Made by a program: the position numbers and the translations under genes
Source of the DNA: Eledone cirrhosa
Lineage: Eukaryota
Reading direction: 5' to 3'
Assembly: GCA_964016885.1 (NCBI GenBank)
Contig: OZ024742.1
Location: 162,750,001-162,814,000, forward strand
DNA length: 64,000 nucleotides
The notes under the pieces: generated by a model
Database searches by the model: none
The model's input: only the letters and a program-made list of their open reading frames with translations
What the model was told of the DNA's origin: nothing
Shown: piece by piece, positions 10,001 through 24,059 of the stretch
Layout of the letters: the number at the start of each line of letters is the position of its first letter
How positions within the stretch are numbered: the stretch's first letter is position 1

Positions 10001-13000
10001 TACCTCTCCTTGGACAGCTGAAAATTATCTCCCCTTGGACGGCTGGAAATTATCTCCCCTTGATTTTTTTTACAAATTATCTCCCCCTGATTTTTTTTTA
10101 CAAATTATCTCCCCCTGATTTTATTTTACAAATTATCTCCCCCTGATTTTTTTTACAAATTATCTCCCCCTGATATTTTTTACAAATTATCTCCCCCTGA
10201 TTTTTTTACAAATTATCTCCCCTTGGCTGGCTGGAAATTATCTCCTCTTGGAGGCTGGAATTTATCTCCCCTTGGACGGCTAGAAATTACCTCGCCTTGG
10301 ACGGCTGGAAAATATGTCTCCTTGGACGGCTGGAAATTATCTCCCCTTGGACGGCTGGAAATTATCTCCCCTTGGACGGCTGGAAATTATCTCCCCTTGG
10401 ACGGCTAGATATTACCTCCCCTTGGACGGCTGGAAATTATCTCCCCTTGATTTTTTTTACAAATTATCTACCCCTGATTTTTTTTTACAAATTATCTCCC
10501 CCTGATTTTTTTTACAAATTATCTCCCCCTGATTTTTTTACAAATTATCTCCCCCCGATTTTTTTTACAAATTATATCCGCCTAATTTTTTTAAATATTA
10601 TCTTCCCTTGGCTGGCGGGAAATTATCTCCCCTTGGACGGCTGAAAATTATCTCCCCTTGGACGGCTGGAAATTATCTCCCCTTGATTTTTTTACAAATT
10701 ATCTCCCCCTGATTATTTTTTACAAATTATCTCCCCCTGATTTTTTTTTACAAATTATCTCCCTCTGATTTTTTTTACAAATTATCTCCCCTTGGCTGGC
10801 TGGAAATTATCTCCCCTTGGAGGCTGCAATTTATCTCGCCTTGGACGGTTAGAAATTACCTCTCCTTGGACTGCTGGAAAATATGTCTCCTTGGACGGCT
10901 GGAAATTATCTCCCCTTGGACGGCTGGAAATTATCTCCCCTTGGACGGCTGGAAATTATCTCTCCTCGGACGACTAGAAATTACCTCTCCTTGGACAGCT
11001 GAAAATTATCTCCCCTTGGACGGCTGGAAATTATCTCCCCTTGATTTTTTTACAAATTATCTCCCCCTGATTTTTTTTACAAATTATCTCCCCCTGATTT
11101 TTTGTTACAAATTATCTCCCCCTGATTTTTTTACAAATTATCTCCCCCTGATTTTTTTTACAAATTATCTCCGCCTGATTTTTTTAAATATTATCTTCCC
11201 TTGGCTGGCGGGAAATTATCTCCCCTTGGACGGCTGAAAATTATCTCCCCTTGGACGGCTGGAAATTATCTCCCCTTGATTTTTTTTACAAATTATCTCC
11301 CCCTGATTTTTTTTTACAAATTATCTCCCCCTGATTTTTTTTTACAAATTATCTCCCCCTGATTTTTTTTTACAAATTATCTCCCCCTGATTTTTTTTAC
11401 AAATTATCTCCCCCTGATTTTTTTACAAATTATCTCCCCTTGGCTGGCTGGAAATTATCTCCCCTTGGAGGCTGGAATTTATCTCCCCTTGGACGGCTAG
11501 AAATTACCTCTCCTTGGACGGCTGGAAAATATGTCTCCTTGGACGGCTGGATATTATCTACCCTTGGACGGCTGGAAATTATCTCCCCTTGGACGGCTGG
11601 AAATTATCTCCCCTTGGACGGCTAGATATTACCTCCCCTTGGACGGCTGGAAATTATCTCCCCTTGATTTTTTTTACAAATTATCTCCCCCTGATTTTTT
11701 TTTACGAATTATCTCCCCCTGATTTTTTTTTACAAATTATCTCCGCCTGATTTTTTTTTTAAAATTATCTACCCTTGAACGGCTGGAAATTATCTCCCCT
11801 TGGACGGCTGGAAATTATCTCCCCTTGGACGGCTAGAAATTACCTCTCCTTGGACGGCTGAAAATTATCTCCCCTTGGACGGCTGCAAATTATCTCCCCT
11901 TGATTTTTTTAACAAATTATCTCCCCCTGATTTTTTTTTACAAATTATCTCCCCCTGATTTTTTTTTACAAATTATCTACGCCTAATTTTTTTTACAAAT
12001 TATCTCCCCCTGATTTTTTTTTACAAATTATCTCCCCCTGATTTTTTTACAAATTATCTCCCCCTGATTTTTTTTTACAAATTATCTCCCCCTGATTTTT
12101 TTACAAATTATCTCCCCCTAATTTTTTTTACAATCTCCGCCTGATTTTTTTAAAAATTATCTTCCCTTGGCTGGCGGGAAATTATCTCCCCTTGGACGGC
12201 TGGAAATTATATCCCCTTGGAAGGATGGAAATTATCTCCCCTTGGACGGCTGGAAATTATCTCCCCTTGGACGGCTGGAAATTACCTCCCCTTGGACAGC
12301 TGGAAATTATCTGCCCTTGATTTTGTTTTTACAAATTATCTCCCCCTGATTTTTTTTACAAATTATCTCCACCTGATTTTTTAAAAAATTATCTCCCCTT
12401 GGACGGCTGGAAATTATCTCCCCTTGATTTTTTTACAAATTATCTCCCCCTGATTTTTTTTACAAATTATCTCCCCCTGATTTTTTTTTTACAAATTATC
12501 TCCCCCTGATTTTTTTACAAATTATCTCCCCCTGATTTTTTTTACAAATTATCTCCGCCTGATTTTTTTAAATATTATCTTCCCTTGGCTGGCGGGAAAT
12601 TATCTCCCCTTGGACGGCTGAAAATTATCTCCCCTTGGACGGCTGGAAATTATCTCCCCTTGATTTTTTTTACAAATTATCTCCCCCTGATTTTTTTTTA
12701 CAAATTATCTCCCCCTGATTTTTTTTTACAAATTATCTCCCCCTGATTTTTTTTTACAAATTATCTGCCCCTGATTTTTTTTACAAATTATCTCCCCCTG
12801 ATTTTTTTACAAATTATCTCCCCTTGGCTGGCTGGAAATTATCTCCCCTTGGAGGCTGGAATTTATCTCCCCTTGGACGGCTAGAAATTACCTCTCCTTG
12901 GACGGCTGGAAAATATTTCTCCTTGGACGGCTGGATATTATCTACCCTTGGACGGGTGGAAATTATCTCCCCTTGGACGGCTGGAAATTATCTCCCCTTG

Positions 13001-14559
13001 GACGGCTAGATATTACCTCCCCTTGGACGGCTGGAAATTATCTCCCCATGATTTTTTTTACAAATTATCTCCCACTGATTTTTTTTTACAAATTATCTCC
13101 CCCTGATTTTTTTACAAATTATCTCCCCCTGATTTTTTTTACAAATTATCTCCCCCTGATTTTTTTTACAATCTCCGCCTGATTTTTTTAAAAATTATCT
13201 TCCCTTGGCTGGCGGGAAATTATCTCCCCTTGGACGGCTGGAAATTATATCCCCTTGGAAGGATGGAAATTATCTCCCCTTGGACGGCTGGAAATTATCT
13301 CCCCTTGGACGGCTGGAAATTATCTCCCCTTGGACAGCTGGAAATTATCTGCCCTTGATTTTGTTTTTACAAATTATCTCCCCCTGATTTTTTTTACAAA
13401 TTATCTCCACCTGATTTTTTAAAAAATTATCTCCCCTTGGACGGCTGGAAATTATCTCCCCTTGATTTTTTTTACAAATTATCTCCCCCTGATTTTTTTT
13501 TACAAATTATCTCCCCCTGATTTTTTTTTACAAATTATCTCCCCCTGATTTTTTTTTACAAATTATCTCCCCCTGATTTTTTTACAAATTATCTCCCCTT
13601 GGCTGGCTGGAAATTATCTCCCCTTGGAGGCTGGAATTTATCTCCCCTTGGACGGCTAGAAATTACCTCTCCTTGGACGGCTGGAAAATATGTCTCCTTG
13701 GACGGCTGGATATTATCTACCCTTGGACGGCTGGAAATTATCTCCCCTTGGACGGCTGGAAATTATCTCCCCTTGGACGGCTAGATATTACCTCCCCTTG
13801 GACGGCTGGAAATTATCTCCCCTTGATTTTTTTTACAAATTATCTCCCCCTGATTTTTTTTTACGAATTATCTCCCCCTGATTTTTTTTTACAAATTATC
13901 TCCGCCTGATTTTTTTTTTAAAATTATCTCCCCTTGAACGGCTGGAAATTATCTCCCCTTGGACGGCTGGAAATTATCTCCCCTTGGACGGCTAGAAATT
14001 ACCTCTCCTTGGACGGCTGAAAATTATCTCCCCTTGGACGGCTGCAAATTATCTCCCCTTGATTTTTTTAACATATTATCTCCCCCTGATTTTTTTTTAC
14101 AAATTATCTCCCCCTGATTTTTTTTTACAAATTATCTACGCCTAATTTTTTTTACAAATTATCTCCCCCTGATTTTTTTTTTACAAATTATCTCCCCCTG
14201 ATTTTTTTTACAAATTATCTCCCCCTGATTTTTTTTTACAAATTATCTCCCCCTGATTTTTTTACAAATTATCTCCCCCCTGATTTTTTTTACAATCTCC
14301 GCCTGATTTTTTTAAAAATTATCTTCCCTTGGCTGGCGGGAAATTATCTCCCCTTGGACGGCTGGAAATTATATCCCCTTGGAAGGATGGAAATTATCTC
14401 CCCTTGGACGGCTGGAAATTATCTCCCCTTGGACGGCTGGAAATTATCGCCCCTTGGACAGCTGGAAATTATCTGCCCTTGATTTTGTTTTTACAAATTA
14501 TCTCCCCCTGATTTTTTTTACAAATTATCTCCACCTGATTTTTTAAAAAATTATCTCCC

Positions 14560-17500
14560 CTTGGACGGCTGGAAATTATCTCCCTTTGATTTTTTTTACA
14601 AATTATCTCCCCCTGATTTTTTTTACAAATTATCTCCCCCTGATTTTTTTTTACAAATTATCTACCCCTGATTTTTTTTTACAAATTTTCTCCCCCTGAT
14701 TTTTTTTACAAATTATCTCCTGATTTTTTTTTTACAAATTATCTCCCCCTGATTTTTTTACAAATTATCTCCCCCTGATTTTTTTTACAAATTATCTCCG
14801 CCTGATTCTTTTAAATATTATCTTCCCTTGGCTGGCGGGAAATTATCTCCCCTTGGACGGCTGGAAATTATCTCCCCTTGATTTTTTTTACAAATTATCT
14901 CCCCCTGATTTTTTTTTACAAATTATCTCCCCCTGATTTTTTTTTACAAATTATCTCCCCCTGATTTTTTTTTACAAATTATCTCCCCCTGATTTTTTTT
15001 ACAAATTATCTCCCCCTGATTTATTTACAAATTATCTCCCCTTGGCTGGCTGGAAATTATCTCCCCTTGGAGGCTGGAATTTATCTCCCCTTGGACGGCT
15101 AGAAATTACCTCTCCTTGGACGGCTGGAAAATATGTCCTTGGACGGCTGGATATTATCTACCCTTGGACGGCTGGAAATTATCTCCCCTTGGACGGCTGG
15201 AAATTATCTCCCCTTGGACGGCTAGATATTACCTCCCCTTGGACGGCTGGAAATTATCTCCCCTTGATTTTTTTTACAAATTATCTCCCCCTGATTTTTT
15301 TTTACAAATTATCTCCCCCTGATTTTTTTTTACAAATTATCTCCCCCTGATTTTTTTACAAATTATCTCCCCCTGATTTTTTTTTACAAATTATCTCCCC
15401 CTGATTTTTTTTTACAAATTATCTACCCCTGATTTTTTTTACAAATTATCTCCCCCTGATTTTTTTTACAAATTATCTCCCCCTGATTTTGTTTACAAAT
15501 TATCTCCCCCTGATTTTTTTACAAATTATCTCCCCCTGATTTTTTTTACAAATTAACTCCGCCTAATTTTTTTAAATATTATCTTTCCTTGGCTGGCGGG
15601 AAATTATCTCCCCTTGGACGGCTGAAAATTATCTCCCCTTGGACGGCTGGAAATTATCTCCCCTTGATTTTTTTACAAATTATCTCCCCCTGATTATTTT
15701 TTACAAATTATCTCCCCCTGATTTTTTTTACAAATTATCTCCCCCTGATTTTTTTTACAAATTATCTCCCCCTGATTTTTTTACAAATTATCTCCTCTTG
15801 GCTGGCTGGAAATTATCTCCCCTTGGAGGCTGGAATTTATCTCCCCTTGGACGGTTAGAAATTACCTCTCCTTGGACGGCTGGAAAATATGTCTCCTTGG
15901 ACGGCTGGAAATTATCGCCCCTTGGACGGCTGGAAATTATCTCCCCTTGGACGGCTGGAAATTATCTCTCCTCGGACGGCTAGAAATTACCTCTCCTTGG
16001 ACAGCTGAAAATTATCTCCCCTTGGACGGCTGGAAATTATCTCCCCTTGATTTTTTTTACAAATTATCTCCCCCTGATTTTTTTTTACAAATTATCTCCC
16101 CCTGATTTTTTTTTACAAATTATCTCCCCCTGATTTTTTTTTACAAATTATCTCCCCTTGGCTGGCTGGAAATTATCTCCCCTTGGAGGCTGGAATTTAT
16201 CTCCCCTTGGACGGCTAGAAATTACCTCGCCTTGGACGGCTGGAAAATATGTCTCCTTGGACGGCTGGAAATTATCTCCCCTTGGACGGCTGGAAATTAT
16301 CTCCCCTTGGACGGCTGGAAATTATCTCCCCTTGGACGGCTAGATATTACCTCCCCTTGGACGGCTGGAAATTATCTCCCCTTGATTTTTTTTACAAATT
16401 ATCTCCCCCTGATTTTTTTTTACAAATTATCTCCCCCTGATTTTTTTTTACGAATTATCTCCCCCTGATTTTTTTTTACAAATTATCTCCGCCTGATTTT
16501 TTTTAAAAATTATCTCCCCTTGAACGGCTGGAAATTATCTCCCCTTGGACGGCTGGAAATTATCTCCCCTTGATTTTTCAACAAATTATCTCCCCCTGAT
16601 TTTTTTTTACAAATTATCTCCCCCTCATTTTTTTTTACAAATTATCTCCCCCTGATTTTTTTTACAATCTCCGCCTGATTTTTTTAAAAATTATCTTCCC
16701 TTGGCTGGCGGGAAATTATCTCCCCTTGGACGGCTGGAAATTATATCCCCTTGGAAGGATGGAAATTATCTCCCCTTGGACGGCTGGAAATTATCTCCCC
16801 TTGGACGGCTGGAAATTATCTCCCCTTGGACAGCTGGAAATTATCTGCCCTTGATTTTGTTTTTACAAATTATCTCCCCCTGATTTTTTTTACAAATTAT
16901 CTCCCCCTCATTTTTTTACAAATTATCTCCCCTTGGCTGGCTGGAAATTATCTCCCCTTGGAGGCTGGAATTTATCTGCCCTTGGACGGCTAGAAATTAC
17001 CTCTCCTTGGAAGGCTGGAAAATATTTCTCCTTGGACGGCTGGATATTATCTACCCTTGGACGGGTGGAAATTATCTCCCCTTGGACGGCTGGAAATTAT
17101 CTCCCCTTGGACAGCTAGATATTACCTCCCCTTGGACGGCTGGAAATTATCTCCCCTTGATTTTTTTTACAAATTATCTCCCCCTGATTTTTTTTACAAA
17201 TTATCTCCACCTGATTTTTTTACAAATTATCTCCCCCTGATTTTTTTTACAAATTATCTCCCCCTGATTTTTTTACAAATTATCTCCACTTGGCTGGCTG
17301 GAAATTATCTCCCCTTGGAGGCTGGAATTTATCTCCCCTTGGACGGCTGGAAATTATCTCCCCTTGATTTTTTTTACAAATTATCTACCCCTGATTTTTT
17401 TTACAAATTATCTCCCCCTGATTTTTTTTACAAATTATCTCCCCCTGATTTTTTTACAAATTATCTCCCCCTGATTTTTTTACAAATTATCTCCCCCTGA

Positions 17501-20500
17501 TTTTTTTTTACAAATTATCTACGCCTAATTTTTTTTACAAATTATCTCCCCCTGATTTTTTTTTACAAGTTATCTCACCCTGATTTTTTTTTACAAATTA
17601 TCTCCCCCTGATTTTTTTTTACAAATTATCTCCCCCTGATTTTTTTACAAATTATCTCCCCCCTGATTTTTATTACAATCTCCGCCTGATTTTTTAAAAA
17701 ATTATCTTCCCTTGGCTGGCGGGAAATTATCTCCTCTTGGACGGCTGGAAATTATATCCCCTTGGAAGGATGGAAATTATCTCCCCTTGGACGGCTGGAA
17801 ATTATCTCCCCTTGGACGGCTGGAAATTATCTCCCCTTGGACAGCTGGAAATTATCTGCCCTTGATTTTGTTTTTACAAATTATCTCCCCCTGATTTTTT
17901 TTACAAATTATCTCCACCTGATTTTTTAAAAAATTATCTCCCCTTGGACGGCTGGAAATTATCTCCCCTTGGCTGGAAATTATCTCCCCTTGGACGGCTA
18001 GAAATTATCTCTCTTTGGACGGCTGGAAATTATCTCCCTTTGATTTTTTTTACAAATTATCTCCCCCTGATTTTTTTTACAAATCTCCTCTTTAAAAAAA
18101 AATTATCTCCCCTTCGCTGGCTGGAAATTATCTCCCTTTGGACACTGGAAATTATAGCCCCTTGGAGGGCTGGAAATTATCTTCCCTTGGACGGCTGGAA
18201 ATTATCTCTCCTTGATTTTTTTTACAAATTATCTCCCCCTGATTTTTTTTTACAAATTATCCCCCCCGATTTTTTTTACAAATTATCTCCCCCTGATTTT
18301 TTTTACAAATTATCTCCCCTTGGACGGCTGGAAATTATCTCCCCTTGGACGGCTGGAAATTATCTCCCCTTGGACGGCTAGAAATTACCTCTCATTGGAC
18401 GGCTGAAAATTATCTCCCCTTGGACGGCTGGAAATTATCTCCCCTTGATTTTTTTTACAAATTATCTCCCCCTGATTTTTTTTTACAAATTATCTCCCCC
18501 TGATTTTTTTTTTACAAATTATCTCCGCCTGATTTTTTTTTAAAATTATCTCTCCTTGGACGGCTGGAAATTATCTCCCCTTGGCTCGAAATTATCTCCC
18601 CTTGGACGGCTAGAAATTATCTCTCTTTGGACGGCTGGAAATTATCTCCCTTTGATTTTTTTTACAAATTATCTCCCCCTGATTTTTTTTACAAATTATC
18701 TCCCCCTGATTTTTTTTTACAAATTATCTACCCCTGATTTTTTTTTACAAATTTTCTCCCCCTGATTTTTTTTACAAATTATCTCCTGATTTTTTTTTTA
18801 CAAATTATCTCCCCCTGATTTTTTTACAAATTATCTCCCCCTGATTTTTTTTACAAATTATCTCCGCCTGATTCTTTTAAATATTATCTTCCCTTGGCTG
18901 GCGGGAAATTATCTCCCCTTGGACGGCTGGAAATTATCTCCCCTTGATTTTTTTTACAAATTATCTCCCCCTGATTTTTTTTTACAAATTATCTCCCCCT
19001 GATTTTTTTTTACAAATTATCTCCCCCTGATTTTTTTTTACAAATTATCTCCCCCTGATTTTTTTTTACAAATTATCTCCCCCTGATTTTTTTTACAAAT
19101 TATCTCCCCCTGATTTATTTACAAATTATCTCCCCTTGGCTGGCTGGAAATTATCTCCCCTTGGAGGCTGGAATTTATCTCCCCTTGGACGGCTAGAAAT
19201 TACCTCTCCTTGGACGGCTGGAAAATATGTCCTTGGACGGCTGGATATTATCTACCCTTGGACGGCTGGAAATTATCTCCCCTTGGACGGCTGGAAATTA
19301 TCTCCCCTTGGACGGCTAGATATTACCTCCCCTTGGACGGCTGGAAATTATCTCCCCTTGATTTTTTTTACAAATTATCTCCCCCTGATTTTTTTTTACA
19401 AATTATCTCCCCCTGATTTTTTTTTACAAATTATCTCCCCATGATTTTTTTTACAAATTATCTACCCCTGATTTTTTTTTACAAATTATCTCCCCCTGAT
19501 TTTTTTACAAATTATCTCCCCCTGATTTTTTTTTACAAATTATCTCCCCCTGATTTTTTTTTACAAATTATCTACCCCTGATTTTTTTTACAAATTATCT
19601 CCCCCTGATTTTTTTTACAAATTATCTCCCCCTGATTTTGTTTACAAATTATCTCCCCCTGATTTTTTTACAAATTATATCCCCCTGATTTTTTTTACAA
19701 ATTAACTCCGCCTAATTTTTTTAAATATTATCTTTCCTTGGCTGGCGGGAAATTATCTCCCCTTGGACGGCTGAAAATTATCTCCCCTTGGACGGCTGGA
19801 AATTATCTCCCCTTGATTTTTTTACAAATTATCTCCCCCTGATTATTTTTTACAAATTATCTCCCCCTGATTTTTTTTTACAAATTATCTCCCCCTGATT
19901 TTTTTTACAAATTATCTCCCCCTGATTTTTTTACAAATTATCTCCTCTTGGCTGGCTGGAAATTATCTCCCCTTGGAGGCTGGAATTTATCTCCCCTTGG
20001 ACGGTTAGAAATTACCTCTCCTTGGACGGCTGGAAAATATGTCTCCTTGGACGGCTGGAAATTATCGCCCCTTGGACGGCTGGAAATTATCTCCCCTTGG
20101 ACGGCTGGAAATTATCTCTCCTCGGACGGCTAGAAATCACCTCTCCTTGGACAGCTGAAAATTATCTCCCCTTGGACGGCTGGAAATTATCTCCCCTTGA
20201 TTTTTTTTACAAATTATCTCCCCCTGATTTTTTTTTACAAATTATCTCCCCCTGATTTTTTTTTACAAATTATCTCCCCCTGATTTTTTTTTACAAATTA
20301 TCTCCCCTTGGCTGGCTGGAAATTATCTCCCCTTGGAGGCTGGAATTTATCTCCCCTTGGACGGCTAGAAATTACCTCGCCTTGGACGGCTGGAAAATAT
20401 GTCTCCTTGGACGGCTGGAAATTATCCCCCCTTGGACGGCTGGAAATTATCTCCCCTTGGACGGCTGGAAATTATCTCCCCTTGGACGGCTAGATATTAC

Positions 20501-21050
20501 CTCCCCTTGGACGGCTGGAAATTATCTCCCCTTGATTTTTTTTACAAATTATCTCCCCCTGATTTTTTTTTACAAATTATCTCCCCCTGATTTTTTTTTA
20601 CGAATTATCTCCCCCTGATTTTTTTTTACAAATTATCTCCGCCTGATTTTTTTTAAAAATTATCTCCCCTTGAACGGCTGGAAATTATCTCCCCTTGGAC
20701 GGCTGGAAATTATCTCCCCTTGATTTTTTAACAAATTATCTCCCCCTGATTTTTTTTTACAAATTATCTCCCCCTCATTTTTTTTTACAAATTATCTCCC
20801 CCTGATTTTTTTTACAATCTCCGCCTGATTTTTTTAAAAATTATCTTCCCTTGGCTGGCGGGAAATTATCTCCCCTTGGACGGCTGGAAATTATATCCCC
20901 TTGGAAGGATGGAAATTATCTCCCCTTGGACGGCTGGAAATTATCTCCCCTTGGACGGCTGGAAATTATCTCCCCTTGGACAGCTGGAAATTATCTGCCC
21001 TTGATTTTGTTTTTACAAATTATCTCCCCCTGATTTTTTTTACAAATTAT
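14560..21050 (+). repeat. Direct repeat pair ~14560-16905 and ~18630-21055 (offset 4094-4150 bp)
   Basis: Private markers AAATTTTCTC, ATCTCCTGAT, GATTCTTTTAAAT, GATTTATTTAC, AATTAACTCCG and CCCCTCATTT occur in both copies. ORF pairs 15042/19136, 15872/20022, 16158/20308 and 16701/20851. Confidence 0.88.
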
Positions 21051-24000
21051 CTCCACCTGATTTTTTAAAAAATTATCTCCCCTTGGACGGCTGGAAATTA
21101 TCTCCCCTTGATTTTTTTACAAATTATCTCCCCCTGATTTTTTTTACAAATTATCTCCCCCTGATTTTTTGTTACAAATTATCTCCCCCTGATTTTTTTA
21201 CAAATTATCTCCCCCTGATTTTTTTTACAAATTATCTCCCCCTGATTTTTTTACAAATTATCTCCCCCTGATTTTTTTTACAAATTATCTCCGCCTGATT
21301 TTTTTAAATATTATCTTCCCTTGGCTGGCGGGAAATTATCTCCCCTTGGACGGCTGAAAATTATCTCCCCTTGGACGGCTGGAAATTATCTCCCCTTGAT
21401 TTTTTTTACAAATTATCTCCCCCTGATTTTTTTTTACAAATTATCTCCCCCTGATTTTTTTTTACAAATTATCTCCCCCTGATTTTTTTTTACAAATTAT
21501 CTCCCCCTGATTTTTTTTACAAATTATCTCCCCCTGATTTTTTTACAAATTATCTCCCCTTGGCTGGCTGGAAATTATCTCCCCTTGGAGGCTGGAATTT
21601 ATCTCCCCTTGGACGGCTAGAAATTACCCCTCCTTGGACGGCTGGAAAATATGTCCTTGGACGGCTGGATATTATCTACCCTTGGACGGCTGGAAATTAT
21701 CTCCCCTTGGACGGCTGGAAATTATCTCCCCTTGGACGGCTAGATATTACCTCCCCTTGGACGGCTGGAAATTATCTCCCCTTGATTTTTTTTACAAATT
21801 ATCTCCCCCTGATTTTTTTTTACAAATTATCTCCCCCTGATTTTTTTTTACAAATTATCTACCCCTGATTTTTTTTTACAAATTATCTCCCCCTGATTTT
21901 TTTTACAAATTATCTCCCCCTGATTTTTTTTTACAAATTATCTCCCCCTGATTTTTTTTTACAAATTATCTACGCCTGATTTTTTTTACAAATTATCTCC
22001 CCCTGATTTTTTTTACAAATTATCTCCCCCTGATTTTATTTACAAATTATCTCCCCCTGATTTTTTTACAAATTATCTCCCCCTGATTTTTTTTACAAAT
22101 TATCTCCGCCTAATTTTTTTAAATATTATCTTCCCTTGGCTGGCGGGAAATTATCTTCCCTTGGACGGCTGAAAATTATCTCCCCTTGGACGGCTGGAAA
22201 TTATCTCCCCTTGATTTTTTTACAAATTATCTCCCCCTGATTATTTTTTACAAATTATCTCCCCCTGATTCTTTTTTACAAATTATCTCCCCCTGATTTT
22301 TTTTACAAATTATCTCCCCCTGATTTTTTTACAAATTATCTCCCCTTGGCTGGCTGGAAATTATCTCCCCTTGGAGGCTGGAATTTATCTCCCCTTGGAC
22401 GGTTAGAAATTACCTCTCCTTGGACAGCTGGAAAATATGTCTCCTTGGACGGCTGGAAATTATCGCCCCTTGGACGGCTGGAAATTATCTCCCCTTGACG
22501 GCTGGAAATTATCTCTCCTCGGACGGCTAGAAATTACCTCTCCTTGGACAGCTGAAAATTATCTCCCCTTGGACGGCTGGAAATTATCTCCCCTTGATTT
22601 TTTTTACAAATTATCTCCCCCTGATTTTTTTTTACAAATTATCTCCCCCTGATTTTTTTTTACAAATTATCTCCCCCTGATTTTTTTTTACAAATTATCT
22701 CCCCTTGGCTGGCTGGAAATTATCTCCCCTTGGAGGCTGGAATTTATCTCCCGTTGGACGGCTAGAAATTACCTCGCCTTGGACGGCTGGAAAATATGTC
22801 TCCTTGGACGGCTGGAAATTATCTCCCCTTGGACGGCTGGAAATTATCTCCCCTTGGACGGCTGGAAATTATCTCCCCTTGGACGGCTAGATATTACCTC
22901 CCCTTGGACGGCTGGAAATTATCTCCCCTTGATTTTTTTTACAAATTATCTCCCCCTGATTTTTTTTACAAATTATCTCCCCCTGATTTTTTTTTACGAA
23001 TTATCTCCCCCTGATTTTTTTTTACAAATTATCTCCGCCTGATTTTTTTTTAAAAATTATCTCTCCTTGAACGGCTGGAAATTATCTCCCCTTGGACGGC
23101 TGGAAATTATCTCCCCTTGAAAGGCTAGAAATTACCTCTCCTTGGACGGCTGAAAATTATCTCCCCTTGGACGGCTGCAAATTATCTCCCCTTGATTTTT
23201 TAACAAATTATCTCCCCCTGATTATTTTTTACAAATTATCTCCCCCTGATTTTTTTTTACAAATTATCTCCCCCTGATTTTTTTTTACAAATTATCTCCC
23301 CCTGATTTTTTTACAAATTATCTCCCCCTGATTTTTTTTACAATCTCCGCCTGATTTTTTTAAAAATTATCTTCCCTTGGCTGGCGGGAAATTATCTCCC
23401 CTTGGACGGCTGGAAATTATATCCCCTTGGAAGGATGGAAATTATCTCCCCTTGGACGGCTGGAAATTATCTCCCCTTGGACGGCTGGAAATTATCTCCC
23501 CTTGGACAGCTGGAAATTATCTGCCCTTGATTTTGTTTTTACAAATTATCTCCCCCTGATTTTTTTTACAAATTATCTCCACCTGATTTTTTAAAAAATT
23601 ATCTCCCCTTGGACGGCTGGAAATTATCTCCCCTTGATTTTTTTTACAAATTATCTCCCCCTGATTTTTTTTTACAAATTATCTCCCCCTGATTTTTTTT
23701 TACAAATTATCTCCCCCTGATTTTTTTTTACAAATTATCTCCCCCTGATTTTTTTACAAATTATCTCCCCTTGGCTGGCTGGAAATTATCTCCCCTTGGA
23801 GGCTGGAATTTATCTCCCCTTGGACGGCTAGAAATTACCTCTCCTTGGACGGCTGGAAAATATGTCTCCTTGGACGGCTGGATATTATCTACCCTTGGAC
23901 GGCTGGAAATTATCTCCCCTTGGACGGCTGGAAATTATCTCCCCTTGGACGGCTAGATATTACCTCCCCTTGGACGGCTGGAAATTATCTCCCCTTGGAC

Positions 24001-24059
24001 GGCTGGAAATTATCTCCCCTTGGACGGCTAGAAATTACCTCTCCTTGGACGGCTGAAAA

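Larger units (their letters stand above)
1..13073 (+). repeat. Copy 1 of a >=13-kb near-identical block (copy 2 at 45685-58730)
   Basis: ORFs 78-3886 recur at +45684 and ORFs 4632-12824 recur at +45656. Rare variants are shared (TTAGAAATT, CTGCGCC, AAAATGATC, TTAGCTGG, GATATTAGC, CCCTGGGAC). Confidence 0.95.
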
